Shown: positions 38,359-49,866 of the stretch, one piece after another
Layout of the letters: each line of letters opens with the position of its first letter
How positions within the stretch are numbered: the first letter of the stretch is position 1
Source: Clostridia bacterium
Lineage (GTDB): Bacteria > Bacillota > Clostridia > Oscillospirales > CAG-272
DNA: 64,000 nt
Reading direction: 5' to 3'
Assembly (NCBI GenBank): GCA_017501225.1
Contig: JAFVXH010000007.1
Location: 195,147-259,146 of the forward strand
Notes under the pieces: model-generated
The model's input: only the letters and a program-made list of their open reading frames with translations
What the model was told of the DNA's origin: nothing
Databases searched by the model: none
Position numbers and translations under genes: made by a program

Positions 38359-39690
38359 ATGGCAAAACCGATTATCGCGATTGTCGGACGCCCCAACGTC
38401 GGCAAAAGCACACTTTTTAATAAGCTCATCGGCGAGCGCCGCTCCATCGTGGAGGACACCCCCGGTGTGACGCGCGACCGCATCTACGGAGAAACCGAAT
38501 GGCGCGGCAAGAAAATGATCGTGGTCGACACGGGAGGAATCGAGCCCAAGAGCGACAATATCATCCTGGCACAGATGCGCGAGCAGGCATCCATGGCAAT
38601 TCAGACCGCCGACGTCATCATCTTTATGTGCGACGTCCGCACGGGCATGACCGCGGATGACCGCGACATTGCCATCATGCTCAAAAAGAGCGGCAAGCCC
38701 ATCGTGCCTTGCATCAACAAGTGCGACCGCGTGGGTCCCCCTCCCATGGAGTTTTACGAATTCTACGAGCTCGGCTTTGAGCAGGAGCCCATCGGCGTAT
38801 CCAGCCTGCACGGCAGCGGCTCGGGAGATCTTCTGGACGCCTGCGTCGAAGCACTCGCAGATTGGGAGGATACCGCAGACGAGGACGAAAGCATCCGCGT
38901 TGCCGTCATCGGAAAGCCCAATGCGGGCAAATCCTCGCTGATCAACAAGCTCCTGGGAGAGAACCGCCTGATCGTTTCGGATATCGCGGGCACGACGCGC
39001 GACGCGGTCGACACGCACCTGGAAAACGAAAGCGGCTCCTTTACCTTCATCGATACCGCCGGCATCCGCCGTCAGGCAAAGATCAACGATAAGATCGAGC
39101 ATTACAGCGTTCTGCGCGCACACATGGCTGTGGAGCGTGCGCAGGTCTGCCTTCTGATGATCGACGCCTCCACCGGCATTACCGAGCAGGACGAAAAGAT
39201 CGCGGGAATCGCACACGAGGCAGGAAAGGCGACCATCATCGTGGTCAACAAGTGGGATCTGATCGAGAAGGATAACTCTACCTTCAATGAGTTCAATAAC
39301 AAGATCCGCACGGCTCTTGCTTACATGCCCTACGCCCCCATTCTGTATATCTCGGCAAAGACGGGACAGCGCGTAAAGGACCTGTTTGAACGCATCAAGT
39401 TCGTACACAATCAGGCTCTGCTCCGCATCTCCACGGGTATGCTCAACGACGTGCTTGGCGACGCCATGATCCGCGTCCAGCCCCCCACGGACCGCGGTCG
39501 CAGACTCAAGATCTACTATATGACTCAGATCTCGGTGGCTCCCCCCACCTTTGTGATCTTCTGCAACAATGCAGAGCTCTTCCATTTTTCCTATCAGCGT
39601 TATATTGAAAACTGCCTGCGCGAAACCTTTGGCTTCCACGGCACTCCCATCAAGCTCATCATTCGCATGAAGGGCGAGGACAACGACTGA
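38359..39690 (+). CDS. der: Ribosome biogenesis GTPase Der/EngA
   Basis: Two G domains GRPNVGKS and GKPNAGKS; C-terminal KH-like domain. Confidence 0.97.
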   Translation: MAKPIIAIVGRPNVGKSTLFNKLIGERRSIVEDTPGVTRDRIYGETEWRGKKMIVVDTGGIEPKSDNIILAQMREQASMAIQTADVIIFMCDVRTGMTADDRDIAIMLKKSGKPIVPCINKCDRVGPPPMEFYEFYELGFEQEPIGVSSLHGSGSGDLLDACVEALADWEDTADEDESIRVAVIGKPNAGKSSLINKLLGENRLIVSDIAGTTRDAVDTHLENESGSFTFIDTAGIRRQAKINDKIEHYSVLRAHMAVERAQVCLLMIDASTGITEQDEKIAGIAHEAGKATIIVVNKWDLIEKDNSTFNEFNNKIRTALAYMPYAPILYISAKTGQRVKDLFERIKFVHNQALLRISTGMLNDVLGDAMIRVQPPTDRGRRLKIYYMTQISVAPPTFVIFCNNAELFHFSYQRYIENCLRETFGFHGTPIKLIIRMKGEDND

Positions 39691-39728
39691 TCGGACGTTT
39701 CAAGCATTTTTACAAGGAGGTGAAGGAT

Positions 39729-40385
39729 ATGGAACGCGGACGTCCCGTGCGTCTGTTTTTGCGGATCATTACCGTGCTTGTGGGCATCGCGCTCATTCTG
39801 GGCGCCTATGCGATCACACATGCAGCCACGGCTTTGGCGCGCATCTTGCTTTTCGTGCTTGCGGGTACCGCCCTGTTGATCGCGGCGTTTTTCCTTTACC
39901 TGCTCATTCTTGCCTTCGTGATCAGAAAAAAAGGACGCAACTATTTTCTGTACGACCGAAAGCGCGGAGGCAATATGGCGCCCGAGGATCTGACCTCGGC
40001 GCACGTGTCGGAGCGGATCCTGCGCTACATGGCGCTCTTCCGTCAGGGAAGGCAGCTCTATATCACCTCCCTCTTTGACGAGGAAGGGGGCGCGCCCGAG
40101 GTGTTCAAGCCTCTGTTCTGCTATCAGCTGCTCTGCATGATGGCAACCTGTCACGAGCGCGCACAGTGGAACGCGTTTCTGGACGGTGGCAAGGAGCTTG
40201 CCGACGTGTTCTCCACGTACCTTTTGCAAGCAAACGAGGAGGAGCTGAGCCGCGAGGTGCAGTATCACATGGCGCATGCCGAGGGCGATTCGCGTCCCTT
40301 TCAGCTCTACCTGCAATCCAAAAAGGACTATCTCTTATGCAGAATGCTGGAATATACCAAGCAGCATCTGCATGAATTCGAATAA
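39729..40385 (+). CDS. Hypothetical protein with 2 N-terminal TM helices
   Basis: AAGGAGG RBS; between der and obgE. Confidence 0.7.
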   Translation: MERGRPVRLFLRIITVLVGIALILGAYAITHAATALARILLFVLAGTALLIAAFFLYLLILAFVIRKKGRNYFLYDRKRGGNMAPEDLTSAHVSERILRYMALFRQGRQLYITSLFDEEGGAPEVFKPLFCYQLLCMMATCHERAQWNAFLDGGKELADVFSTYLLQANEEELSREVQYHMAHAEGDSRPFQLYLQSKKDYLLCRMLEYTKQHLHEFE

Positions 40386-41690
<1,305 letters not shown>

Positions 41691-41710
41691 TCAGCTTACG
41701 GAGGTTGCAT

Positions 41711-42244
41711 ATGAATATTTGGCACGATTTTTCTCCCGAACAGATCACACCGAAGGATTTTACCGCCGTGATCGAGATCCCCAAGGGCTCAAAGTGTAAA
41801 TACGAGCTCGACAAGGAGGTAGGACTTCTGCGCCTGGACCGCGTTCTGTATACCTCGACGCACTACCCCGCAAACTACGGATTTATCCCCCGCACCTACG
41901 CCGACGACGGCGACCCGCTCGACGTTCTGGTGCTTTGCTCGGAGCCGATCTACCCGATGACGCTCATCCGCGTCTATCCCATCGGCGTGATGCGCATGAT
42001 CGACAGCGGAAAAATGGACGATAAGATCATCGCCATTCCGCTTTCCGATCCCACGTATCTCGGCATTTCCTCCATCGATGAATTGCCCGCGCATATTTTT
42101 GACGAAATCATCCATTTCTTCTCGGTCTACAAGCAGCTCGAGAACAAGCAGACCGCTGTCAAATCTCTGTTCGGCAAGGATATGGCAGAGCGCATCATCT
42201 GGGATGCGATCGTTTCCTACAACGAAACCTTCGGAAACAAATAA
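41711..42244 (+). CDS. ppa: Family I inorganic pyrophosphatase
   Basis: KYELDK, YPANYGFIPRT, DDGDPLDV. Confidence 0.95.
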   Translation: MNIWHDFSPEQITPKDFTAVIEIPKGSKCKYELDKEVGLLRLDRVLYTSTHYPANYGFIPRTYADDGDPLDVLVLCSEPIYPMTLIRVYPIGVMRMIDSGKMDDKIIAIPLSDPTYLGISSIDELPAHIFDEIIHFFSVYKQLENKQTAVKSLFGKDMAERIIWDAIVSYNETFGNK

Positions 42245-42365
42245 AGAACGGGCTGCCCTGCATCATCAGCCCAAAGCAACGGCACGGTGCGGGGCAGCCT
42301 TTCTTTGTCGGGCTGCGCATCCGTGCGCAAGATCAATCGTCATGCTTTGACGGAAAGGAGCTACT

Positions 42366-44513
42366 ATGAGCGACGCGATCATCCATCGGGACTCCCCCGT
42401 CACCGTTCTGTCGGGTGTCGGCAAGGCGCGTGCCGCCGCGTATGAAAGACTTGGCATCCGCACGCTCGGAGACCTGCTTTTGCACTATCCCCGTGCCTAT
42501 GAGAACCGTGGGGACGTCTGCCTTCTGTGCGACGCGCGCAAGGACGGAAAGTCCTCCGTCATTCTGACCGTTGCGACCTCGGCACGCACCGTGCGCCTGC
42601 GCAGCCATAAATCCTTCCTGAAGTTCCGCGCTTTTGACGACAGCGGAAGCTGTGAGATCGTCTATTTCAATCAGGATTACCTCAAGGATCAGTTCGTCGT
42701 CGGTGCGACCTTCCGTTTTTTCGGCAAGGTGGAACGCAAGGGAAAGCAGTATACCCTCTCCTCCCCTGCCGCCGAACCCTATACCGAATCGGCAAAGCTT
42801 CCTCCCTTCTGGGCGGTCTACCCTCTGACCGAGGGACTTTCACAGAAGCAGATCGCAAAGGACGTCGAGGTCGCGCTCTTTTTACTCAGGCAAACGGGCG
42901 AAGACCCCCTGCCTGCCTACTTACGCGAGCGTCGCTCGCTTTGCACGCTCTCCTTCGCTGAGGAGCACATCCACCGCCCTGACTCCAAGGAATCTCTTGC
43001 CATCGCGCGCAGGCGCCTGGTGTACGAGGAATTTTTCCTGTTCTCTTTAGGAGGCTACCTCTCCAGAAAGGCGTCCACGCGTGCAGGAGCGCCCAAATGC
43101 GAAGCGGCAGACCCCACGCCTCTGCTATCCATGCTCCCTTATGAATTGACGGGGGCGCAGAAGCGCGCGATTGCAGATATCGCCCACGATATGAAGCGAG
43201 AGATCCCGATGAGCCGCATCTTAGTCGGTGACGTCGGATGCGGGAAAACGGTCTGCGCCGCCACCGCAATGCTCTTTGCCGTGCAAAACGGACGGCAGGC
43301 GGCACTCATGGCACCGACCGAGATCCTGGCGCGCCAACACTATGCGGATCTTGCTCCGCTCTTTGAGCGGCTCGGTGTTCGATGCGAGCTTCTGGTGGGT
43401 GCTGCCACCGCTACGGAAAAACGCAGGATCAAAGCTGCGCTTGCCTCGACCGATGAAAAGGAGCGACTTCCCATCGTCATCGGCACGCACGCGCTTCTTT
43501 CGGACGGCGTCGAGTTCTCCGCGCCCGGTCTTGTCGTCACCGACGAGCAGCACCGCTTCGGCGCGCGTCAACGCGCAAAATTATCCGAAAAGAACACGCA
43601 CGCACATCTTTTGGTCATGAGCGCCACCCCCATTCCCCGATCCCTTGCGTTGGTCCTGTACGGAGATCTGGATATCTCCAGGATCGACGAGATGCCCGCA
43701 GGGCGTCAGCGCGTGGATACCTTCGTCGTGGACGAGAGTTATCGCTCCCGATTACTCGGATTTATCCGCCGTCAGGTGGCGGAGGGTGGTCAGGTCTATA
43801 TCGTCTGTCCCTCCATCGAGGAGGACGCGGACGCCGGTGAAGCGTCCATCTCGGAGCTGCTTTCCGCCGAAGGCTCATCGGAGCAAAAGCCCCCCATGAA
43901 GGCGGCGGTACAGTACGCCAAGGAGCTGCAAGGGGAGTTGCCCGAGCTGACGGTCGCTTTTCTGCACGGCAAAATGAAAAGTGCCGAAAAGGACAGCATC
44001 ATGAAGGACTTTGGCGACGGAAAGACACAGATCCTGGTTTCCACCACCGTCATCGAGGTAGGCGTCAACGTTCCCAATGCATCCCTGATGATCGTAGAAA
44101 ACGCCGAGCGTTTCGGACTTTCTCAGCTTCATCAGCTCCGAGGACGCGTCGGACGCGGAAGCAGAAAATCCTACTGCATCCTCGTCACGCCCGATCTGGC
44201 ATCCCTTGGCGAGCACTCCCGCGCGCGCCTGAATACCATGCACACGACCTACGACGGCTACCGCATTGCCGAGCAGGATCTTGCGCAAAGAGGCCCCGGC
44301 GACTTCCTTGCAAGTAGTCAGACAAGCGCCGTCCGACAAAGCGGCGGTCTTTGCTTCCGTCTTGCCAACGCGGGCGAGGACCTGACGCTCCTGACTGACG
44401 CAAGCACCGACGCAAAGGAGCTCGCGGAGAGCTCCCCGACCCTTGCGGACACCCCTCTGCTCGATGCGCGCATCAAGAGCATGTTTTCTCTTTCGGAGGG
44501 GCTGATCAGCTGA
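42366..44513 (+). CDS. recG: ATP-dependent DNA helicase RecG
   Basis: GDVGCGKT, DEQHRFG, SATPIPRSL, QLHQLRGRVGRG, RGPGD. Confidence 0.96.
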   Translation: MSDAIIHRDSPVTVLSGVGKARAAAYERLGIRTLGDLLLHYPRAYENRGDVCLLCDARKDGKSSVILTVATSARTVRLRSHKSFLKFRAFDDSGSCEIVYFNQDYLKDQFVVGATFRFFGKVERKGKQYTLSSPAAEPYTESAKLPPFWAVYPLTEGLSQKQIAKDVEVALFLLRQTGEDPLPAYLRERRSLCTLSFAEEHIHRPDSKESLAIARRRLVYEEFFLFSLGGYLSRKASTRAGAPKCEAADPTPLLSMLPYELTGAQKRAIADIAHDMKREIPMSRILVGDVGCGKTVCAATAMLFAVQNGRQAALMAPTEILARQHYADLAPLFERLGVRCELLVGAATATEKRRIKAALASTDEKERLPIVIGTHALLSDGVEFSAPGLVVTDEQHRFGARQRAKLSEKNTHAHLLVMSATPIPRSLALVLYGDLDISRIDEMPAGRQRVDTFVVDESYRSRLLGFIRRQVAEGGQVYIVCPSIEEDADAGEASISELLSAEGSSEQKPPMKAAVQYAKELQGELPELTVAFLHGKMKSAEKDSIMKDFGDGKTQILVSTTVIEVGVNVPNASLMIVENAERFGLSQLHQLRGRVGRGSRKSYCILVTPDLASLGEHSRARLNTMHTTYDGYRIAEQDLAQRGPGDFLASSQTSAVRQSGGLCFRLANAGEDLTLLTDASTDAKELAESSPTLADTPLLDARIKSMFSLSEGLIS

Positions 44514-44536
44514 TCGTCCCCCCGCTTGATCAATCA

Positions 44537-44566
44537 AAAAGCCGCAGCGTTTCGCTGCGGCTTTTT
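44537..44566. terminator. Bidirectional terminator
   Basis: aaaagccgcagcg/cgctgcggctttt. Confidence 0.7.
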
Positions 44567-44567
44567 C

Positions 44568-45212
44568 TCATTCCTCCAAAAACGAGATGATCTGTTGGGC
44601 GTTATCTGCCACAAACAGGCAATTCGTCCTTTGCAGAGCCTCCTTGGGACGGTGTCCGTAGGAAACCAGAATGCAATCTGCTCCGATGGCGTGCGCGACC
44701 TCGGCATCATGCTCGCTGTCCCCGATCATCAAAGCGCGCGCCCCCGGATTCCGCGCACGCCAGGCAAGTCCTACGTCCACCTTGCTGCCTGCGTGAATGT
44801 TATCCAATGCGACCAGCTCGGAAAAATAGTCGAGAAGTCCAAGAGAGGTGCACTGCTGACGAAGCATGCCCTCCTCCGTCGCGGATAGGATCAATTGGCA
44901 AAGCCCTGCTTTCCTTGCCCATTCCAGAACGGTGCGCGCATGCTCGAAGGCACGCTCGGGTGTGCTTGCCTCACGGTAATACGCCACCCACTCGGGCGCA
45001 AGCTCCTCAAAGGGCGTCTTGGAAAAATCGAACCCCAGACGCTGATAATAATCCACGATGGGAAACCCAAACACCTCGCGGTACCGATCAAGCGACTCGA
45101 TGGGCGCAAGTCCGTGCGCGCGCAAGAGTCGGTTCGCGCTTGCAAACGAGGGGGCAACGTCGTCCAGAACCGTGCCGTTGAAATCCCAGATCAAGTGTGT
45201 ATATTGCTTCAT
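44568..45212 (-). CDS. HAD family hydrolase
   Basis: WDFNGTVLDD motif I, IGDSEHD motif IV. Confidence 0.88.
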   Translation of the reverse strand: MKQYTHLIWDFNGTVLDDVAPSFASANRLLRAHGLAPIESLDRYREVFGFPIVDYYQRLGFDFSKTPFEELAPEWVAYYREASTPERAFEHARTVLEWARKAGLCQLILSATEEGMLRQQCTSLGLLDYFSELVALDNIHAGSKVDVGLAWRARNPGARALMIGDSEHDAEVAHAIGADCILVSYGHRPKEALQRTNCLFVADNAQQIISFLEE

Positions 45213-45461
45213 ATGCTTCTCCTTTTGGCGGCAGAGGGCGCGATCTCTTGCAAAAAAGAATCTTCCTTTTCTGCCACGCTTTTCCAAAACTGTAAAATTC
45301 TATCCGATTTTCTCCGCCGAAAAGCAGAGAAATTGGAAGGGCATGGCGGCTTTTCCACAATGCTCCTTCGCTTGCAAAATGTGTGGGTTGAACTCCCTTG
45401 CCACATTTGTTATAATATGGCTATATCGCCCCGAGGCGATGAAAACTCATACAAAGGAGTG

Positions 45462-46355
45462 ATGACATTGCATCAAAATCTCACCATCCAACGAAGGCGC
45501 ACGCGCCATGTCTTGCGTCTTCTGACGCTGATCTTAAGCGTCTGCACGTTGCTTGGAAGCCTTTCGATCGCAGGCTTTGCCGCCACGGATTTTCCGAGCG
45601 ACGCGACACCCACAAGGGTTTATCTTGACGGAAAGGAAATTTTGAAGGACGAATGCATCATCTTGGATTCCCTGACCTACGTACCGCTTCGCGCCTTCTG
45701 CGCGCTGTTTGACGACTGTACCATTACGTGGAATAAGAAGACAAACACCGCCACCGTCAAAAGTGACGCGCTTCTGCTCACCGCGCAGCAGGACAATATT
45801 TACATCACCGCCAACGGACATTACTACTATACCGTTGGCAAGATCCGCAACATCGACGGTCGCCTCTATCTCCCCATTCGCCCCTTGGTACGAGCCTTTG
45901 CGTCGGAATTAACCTGGAACGCATCGGCGCGCTGTGTGGAGATCAGCACGCAAAACCGCAAGTCGACCGCGGTTGCCTGGGCAAATTACAACGCGGACGA
46001 GGTCTATTGGCTTTCCCGCATCATCTCCGCGGAATCGCGCGGTGAGCCCATGGAGGGACAGATCGCCGTCGGAAACGTGGTCCTCAACCGCGTCAGAAGC
46101 AAATCCTATCCCAATACCATTTACGGCGTGATCTTTGACCGCAAGCACGGAACGCAATTCTCTCCCGTGTCTATGGGAACGATCTATCACACGCCCGCAC
46201 AAAGCTCGGTCATCGCAGCCAAAATGTGCCTGGAGGGATATACGCTCTCGGATTCCATTCTGTTCTTTATGAATCCGCGCATCGCGACAAACAACTGGAT
46301 CTCCAAGAACCGTCCCTTCGCCTTCCGCATCGGCAATCACAATTTTTACAATTGA
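45462..46355 (+). CDS. SleB/CwlJ-type cell wall hydrolase with N-terminal copper-amine-oxidase-like domain
   Basis: Signal/TM; YVPLR and YLPIR motifs; IISAESRGEPMEGQIAVGNVVLNR, QFSPV, IGNHNFY. Confidence 0.85.
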   Translation: MTLHQNLTIQRRRTRHVLRLLTLILSVCTLLGSLSIAGFAATDFPSDATPTRVYLDGKEILKDECIILDSLTYVPLRAFCALFDDCTITWNKKTNTATVKSDALLLTAQQDNIYITANGHYYYTVGKIRNIDGRLYLPIRPLVRAFASELTWNASARCVEISTQNRKSTAVAWANYNADEVYWLSRIISAESRGEPMEGQIAVGNVVLNRVRSKSYPNTIYGVIFDRKHGTQFSPVSMGTIYHTPAQSSVIAAKMCLEGYTLSDSILFFMNPRIATNNWISKNRPFAFRIGNHNFYN

Positions 46356-46363
46356 ACCGTACG

Positions 46364-46397
46364 GCAAAACTGCACTCCTTCGGGGGTGCAGTTTTGT
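46364..46397. terminator. Bidirectional terminator
   Basis: caaaactgcac...gtgcagttttg with ttcg loop. Confidence 0.65.
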
Positions 46398-46399
46398 CT

Positions 46400-47287
46400 T
46401 TACAATCCAAGAATCGCCTGCAGGGGAGTAAGATCGACCAGGATACCGACTCCGATCCCCACGCCCAGCAAAATGGCAAGAATGCGCAGAGAATCCGAGA
46501 GCGGGCGGTTGTTGCGGAGCAAGAGCGCCGTACCGATGCCCGCATTGACCAGAAGCCCCGACAGCATCGCTCCGACGGGGAGGATCCCCTCCAGACAAAG
46601 CTTTGTCAGAATGACGGAGGGCGCGCAGTTGGGAACAAGGCCCAGAAGTGCCGCGAGCAGATTGCCGATCACGGGGCGTCCGCTCAAAACAGCCCCCAGC
46701 TTGTCCTCACCGATCAGCTCCACGGCAAGATCCATCAAAAAGGTAAACAGCAGCACGAACAGACCGATCTGCAGCGTGTGCTTGATCGCTGACCGAAGGA
46801 TCCCGCCCTCACACGCGCATCCGTCGCGCTCGCACATCGCGTCAATTTGCGAGGCGTCCGCGCTCTGCTTGCCGCGCTTGCGTGCGATAAGGTCTACCGC
46901 AAAGCCGCAGACCATACCGACAATCAGCTTGGTCGCTAAAATTTTGAGAATGAACGGCAGAGGTGCTGCGCTGGAAATGAGAATGGGCAGCATCTCATCC
47001 GAGGTAGAAAGATAGATCGCGATCAGGGTGCCCGACGTGATGACGCGTCCCGCATACAGGCTGGACGCCGCGGCAGAAAAGCCACACTGTGGCAAAATAC
47101 CGAGCGCGCCTCCTACCAAGGGGCCTACCTTACCCGCGTTCCTTAAGTAGCGTTCCGTCCGCTCCCCCTCCCGATGCTCCAAAAATTCCATGAGCAAATA
47201 GGTCAAAAACAAGAACGGAATGAGCTTCGCGGCATCCAGGAGAGAATGCCACGCCGTGTGCAAAAGCAGATGCAAAAATTCCATCAT
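46400..47287 (-). CDS. Putative metal permease (ArsP_2/Mn-transporter-like)
   Basis: LG.LPQCG, STSDE, GLVPNCA motifs; multiple TMs; coupled to a Fur-family gene. Confidence 0.7.
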   Translation of the reverse strand: MMEFLHLLLHTAWHSLLDAAKLIPFLFLTYLLMEFLEHREGERTERYLRNAGKVGPLVGGALGILPQCGFSAAASSLYAGRVITSGTLIAIYLSTSDEMLPILISSAAPLPFILKILATKLIVGMVCGFAVDLIARKRGKQSADASQIDAMCERDGCACEGGILRSAIKHTLQIGLFVLLFTFLMDLAVELIGEDKLGAVLSGRPVIGNLLAALLGLVPNCAPSVILTKLCLEGILPVGAMLSGLLVNAGIGTALLLRNNRPLSDSLRILAILLGVGIGVGILVDLTPLQAILGL

Positions 47288-47697
47288 TGCGCCTCCCTTT
47301 CACGGCAAGCACGGCAGACACCGTACAGAATGGACTGTCCGCAATCCACCAAAAATCCGTGCTCGCTCAGCATATGACGCGCAAAGGATTCCGAATCCTT
47401 GCAATCGATGTGAGAAACCGTGCCGCAGTGCAGGCATTTCTGATGGAAATGCTGACTGCAATCGCATCCGCTGCCAACGTATTGATAGACCGAGCGTCCG
47501 CTTTTTTCATCGCGGAATTTACGCACCGCGGATTCCGCGCAAAGCACGGACAGACGGCGGTAGATGCTGCTTTTTCCGCGCTCCGTATCTCCGTTGAGCG
47601 ACAAGCAGATCTCCTCGGTGGTAAACTGACGGTCGGGATGTCGGGAAAGAAACGTCACCAGCTCCCGCTTCCCCGCCGTTTGATAAGTCTTTTTCAT
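47284..47697 (-). CDS. Fur family transcriptional regulator
   Basis: SSIYRRL helix, HFHQKCLHCG, YGVCRAC. Confidence 0.88.
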   Translation of the reverse strand: MKKTYQTAGKRELVTFLSRHPDRQFTTEEICLSLNGDTERGKSSIYRRLSVLCAESAVRKFRDEKSGRSVYQYVGSGCDCSQHFHQKCLHCGTVSHIDCKDSESFARHMLSEHGFLVDCGQSILYGVCRACREREAQ

Positions 47698-47719
47698 AGC
47701 TATCCTCTGTTTCATAAAA

Positions 47720-47764
47720 TGAGAACCGTTCTCAAATTATAGCACAAAACCGAAGGCTTGTCAA
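47720..47764 (-). promoter_or_regulatory. sigA promoter plus 7-1-7 Fur-type box
   Basis: TTGACA (47764-47759)-N17-TATAAT (47741-47736); TGAGAAC-C-GTTCTCA at 47720-47734. Confidence 0.75.
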
Positions 47765-47822
47765 GGGTGAAAGATACGTTTGAATAAAAAAAGGGCGTGT
47801 GCTGTGCACACGCCCTGCCCGA

Positions 47823-48104
47823 TCAGGAATTGGCGCTCGGAACTCTGGAGAATTGCTGCTTTGCCGTTGCGAGCTTTTGCTCCTCTGCCTTCTCCACCGA
47901 ATACCATCCTCTGGTCTGCATCTCGCAGAACAGCTCGTCGCCGATGCGATGCTCCTCGGCAAGAATGGAGGAAAGACAATTCTTCACCCCGGGAGTCGCC
48001 GCCTCACACTCAAAGGTGTTGTAAACGCCCGTGATATGCTTTTGCGTCGTCAGGGCATCGGTCATAGCATCCTTGTCGGTAAACACGTTCTTTTGATCCA
48101 TCAT
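47823..48104 (-). CDS. CotF-like spore coat protein
   Basis: TDKDAMTDAL..QK, E.ATP.V, MQTRGWY motif. Confidence 0.75.
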   Translation of the reverse strand: MMDQKNVFTDKDAMTDALTTQKHITGVYNTFECEAATPGVKNCLSSILAEEHRIGDELFCEMQTRGWYSVEKAEEQKLATAKQQFSRVPSANS

Positions 48105-48114
48105 CTCATTTTCC

Positions 48115-48300
48115 TCACTTCAAATTGGAATAAAGCTCCTCGTAGTGGCGCTGATGTGCCACAGCGATGCGCTCATAGCGGTCCTTCAGCGCGCTGTCGT
48201 CGGTTGCCAGCGCGTACGCACGGTACTTTGCAACTAGGTTTTCTTCCATCGTCAAAAGATCGGAAAGAGCCGAAAGCTCCTTGCTTGTGATTTGTGCCAT
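48115..48300 (-). CDS. Small ferritin-like/spore coat-associated protein
   Basis: ITSKELSALSDLL..E....KY...HQRHY; AAGGAG RBS. Confidence 0.65.
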   Translation of the reverse strand: MAQITSKELSALSDLLTMEENLVAKYRAYALATDDSALKDRYERIAVAHQRHYEELYSNLK

Positions 48301-48316
48301 TCTGTATTTCTCCTTT

Positions 48317-48772
48317 TCAAACCAGATACGCCTTCATCTCTTCGATGACGCGCTCCTCGTATTCCTTGACGCTTTGCGCAAGATTGAGTGCCTCCCTTGA
48401 GATGTCCGCATGCTTGGCGCCGCGAAGCTGCTCCATCATATCGTTGACTCCCATGGTCGCGCCCTCCACCATCATTTCGGCAAGATGCTCGGTGCTCGAA
48501 TCCATCATGGTGTTGACCATGCTGGACCACTTGGCACCCATTCTCGCCATCCACGTTTCCTGTTCCGGCTTCTCTCCCTCGCGCCCTAACAGCTTGACGG
48601 CACGGGAGGCAAACGCCTCAAAGGTGCTCAGCTGAACGGTCAGGTCGCTTTTGAGCTTCTCGTCCTTGACCTTTGGCATGAGATTGATGATGGAATCCCC
48701 CGCCATTTTGACGTTCTTGTAGACGGCATCCAGCAGCTCTCCTTCGGTTACGGTCTTTGTGTGTGACATCAT
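48317..48772 (-). CDS. Four-helix-bundle hypothetical protein
   Basis: GGAGG RBS; LAEMMVEGATMG motif. Confidence 0.6.
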   Translation of the reverse strand: MMSHTKTVTEGELLDAVYKNVKMAGDSIINLMPKVKDEKLKSDLTVQLSTFEAFASRAVKLLGREGEKPEQETWMARMGAKWSSMVNTMMDSSTEHLAEMMVEGATMGVNDMMEQLRGAKHADISREALNLAQSVKEYEERVIEEMKAYLV

Positions 48773-48866
48773 ATCCTCCTTTTGGATGTGTTTGATCCTT
48801 TATTGCATCAAAAAAAGATACGGTATCAGTATGTACCGTATCTTCTTTTTTATGCAAGGGGAGCAT

Positions 48867-49847
48867 TCAGCGCTCCAATTTTTGTCTGCGCACGTCGGTG
48901 CCGTAGAACGGAAGAAGCTGATATTCTCCCAACAGGCGGCTGGTGATGCGATCAGTATAGGACTTGCGAAGCTCCGTCGGCGTCAGGTTGGTGCTGATGA
49001 CGGTGGGCTTTTGCAGATTCAGGCGTGTGTTGATGACGTGATAGAGGCAGGAGAGCGTGAACTGATTGATCACCTCGGTGCCAAGATCGTCGATGATGAG
49101 AAGGTCACACTCGACGTACCGTGCGGTATCGTCCCCCTCCGTCGCAGTAAGGCCGTTGCCAAAGCGGCGGTATTCAAAATCCGAGATCATGCCGACGGCG
49201 CTGTTGTAAAGGACGTCGTAGCCGCGTTCGATGATCACACGCGCCATCGCGGTGGAAAGATGCGTCTTGCCAAGCCCCGTGCCGCCAAGCAGCAAAAGGC
49301 TCGCGGGATGCTTTCCGTCAGTCGTAAAGCTCTGTGCGTATTGCTTTGCAAATTCCAGATTTTCCTGCATTCTGCGCGCTTCCTCGGGCTTCGCGCGATA
49401 ATAGTCCAGAGAAAAATTCTCAAAGGACTGCGTGCGCATCAAAGTTGAGAGCCCCGAGGACTGCATCCCCGCATCGATCAAGGCTCTGCGCATGCAGCTG
49501 CACATCTTGATGCCGACGTATCCGCTGTCCGAGCAAAGCTTGCACTCGTATTGCGGCTCGGTATAATCGGCAGGATAGCCGTGGGCAAGCAAAAGCTGTG
49601 CGCGCGCGGCGCACGCCTGCTCGTTCTCTGCTCGCAATCTCGCGATCTCTTGCTCGGGGTCCTTGGCGTTCAATGCCGCTTGCATGATGCGCAGACCGAC
49701 TGCGGATAGCCTTCGATCCTGCTCCGCCAATTCCGGGATCGCGGCATACAGTTCAAAGCGGCGCGCGTCTGCCTCCTCTTGCGCACGGAGCGCCCGCGTT
49801 TCAAACTCGGTGCGGATGCGCTTATAGTTTTCTTTATTGTATCCCAT
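48867..49847 (-). CDS. DnaC/DnaI-like helicase loader ATPase
   Basis: C..C.D.GY....CSC zinc site, GGTGLGKTHL, IIDDLGTE, ISTNL, RITSRL. Confidence 0.88.
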   Translation of the reverse strand: MGYNKENYKRIRTEFETRALRAQEEADARRFELYAAIPELAEQDRRLSAVGLRIMQAALNAKDPEQEIARLRAENEQACAARAQLLLAHGYPADYTEPQYECKLCSDSGYVGIKMCSCMRRALIDAGMQSSGLSTLMRTQSFENFSLDYYRAKPEEARRMQENLEFAKQYAQSFTTDGKHPASLLLLGGTGLGKTHLSTAMARVIIERGYDVLYNSAVGMISDFEYRRFGNGLTATEGDDTARYVECDLLIIDDLGTEVINQFTLSCLYHVINTRLNLQKPTVISTNLTPTELRKSYTDRITSRLLGEYQLLPFYGTDVRRQKLER

Positions 49848-49866
49848 CCTATTCCCTCCTTTGGCG

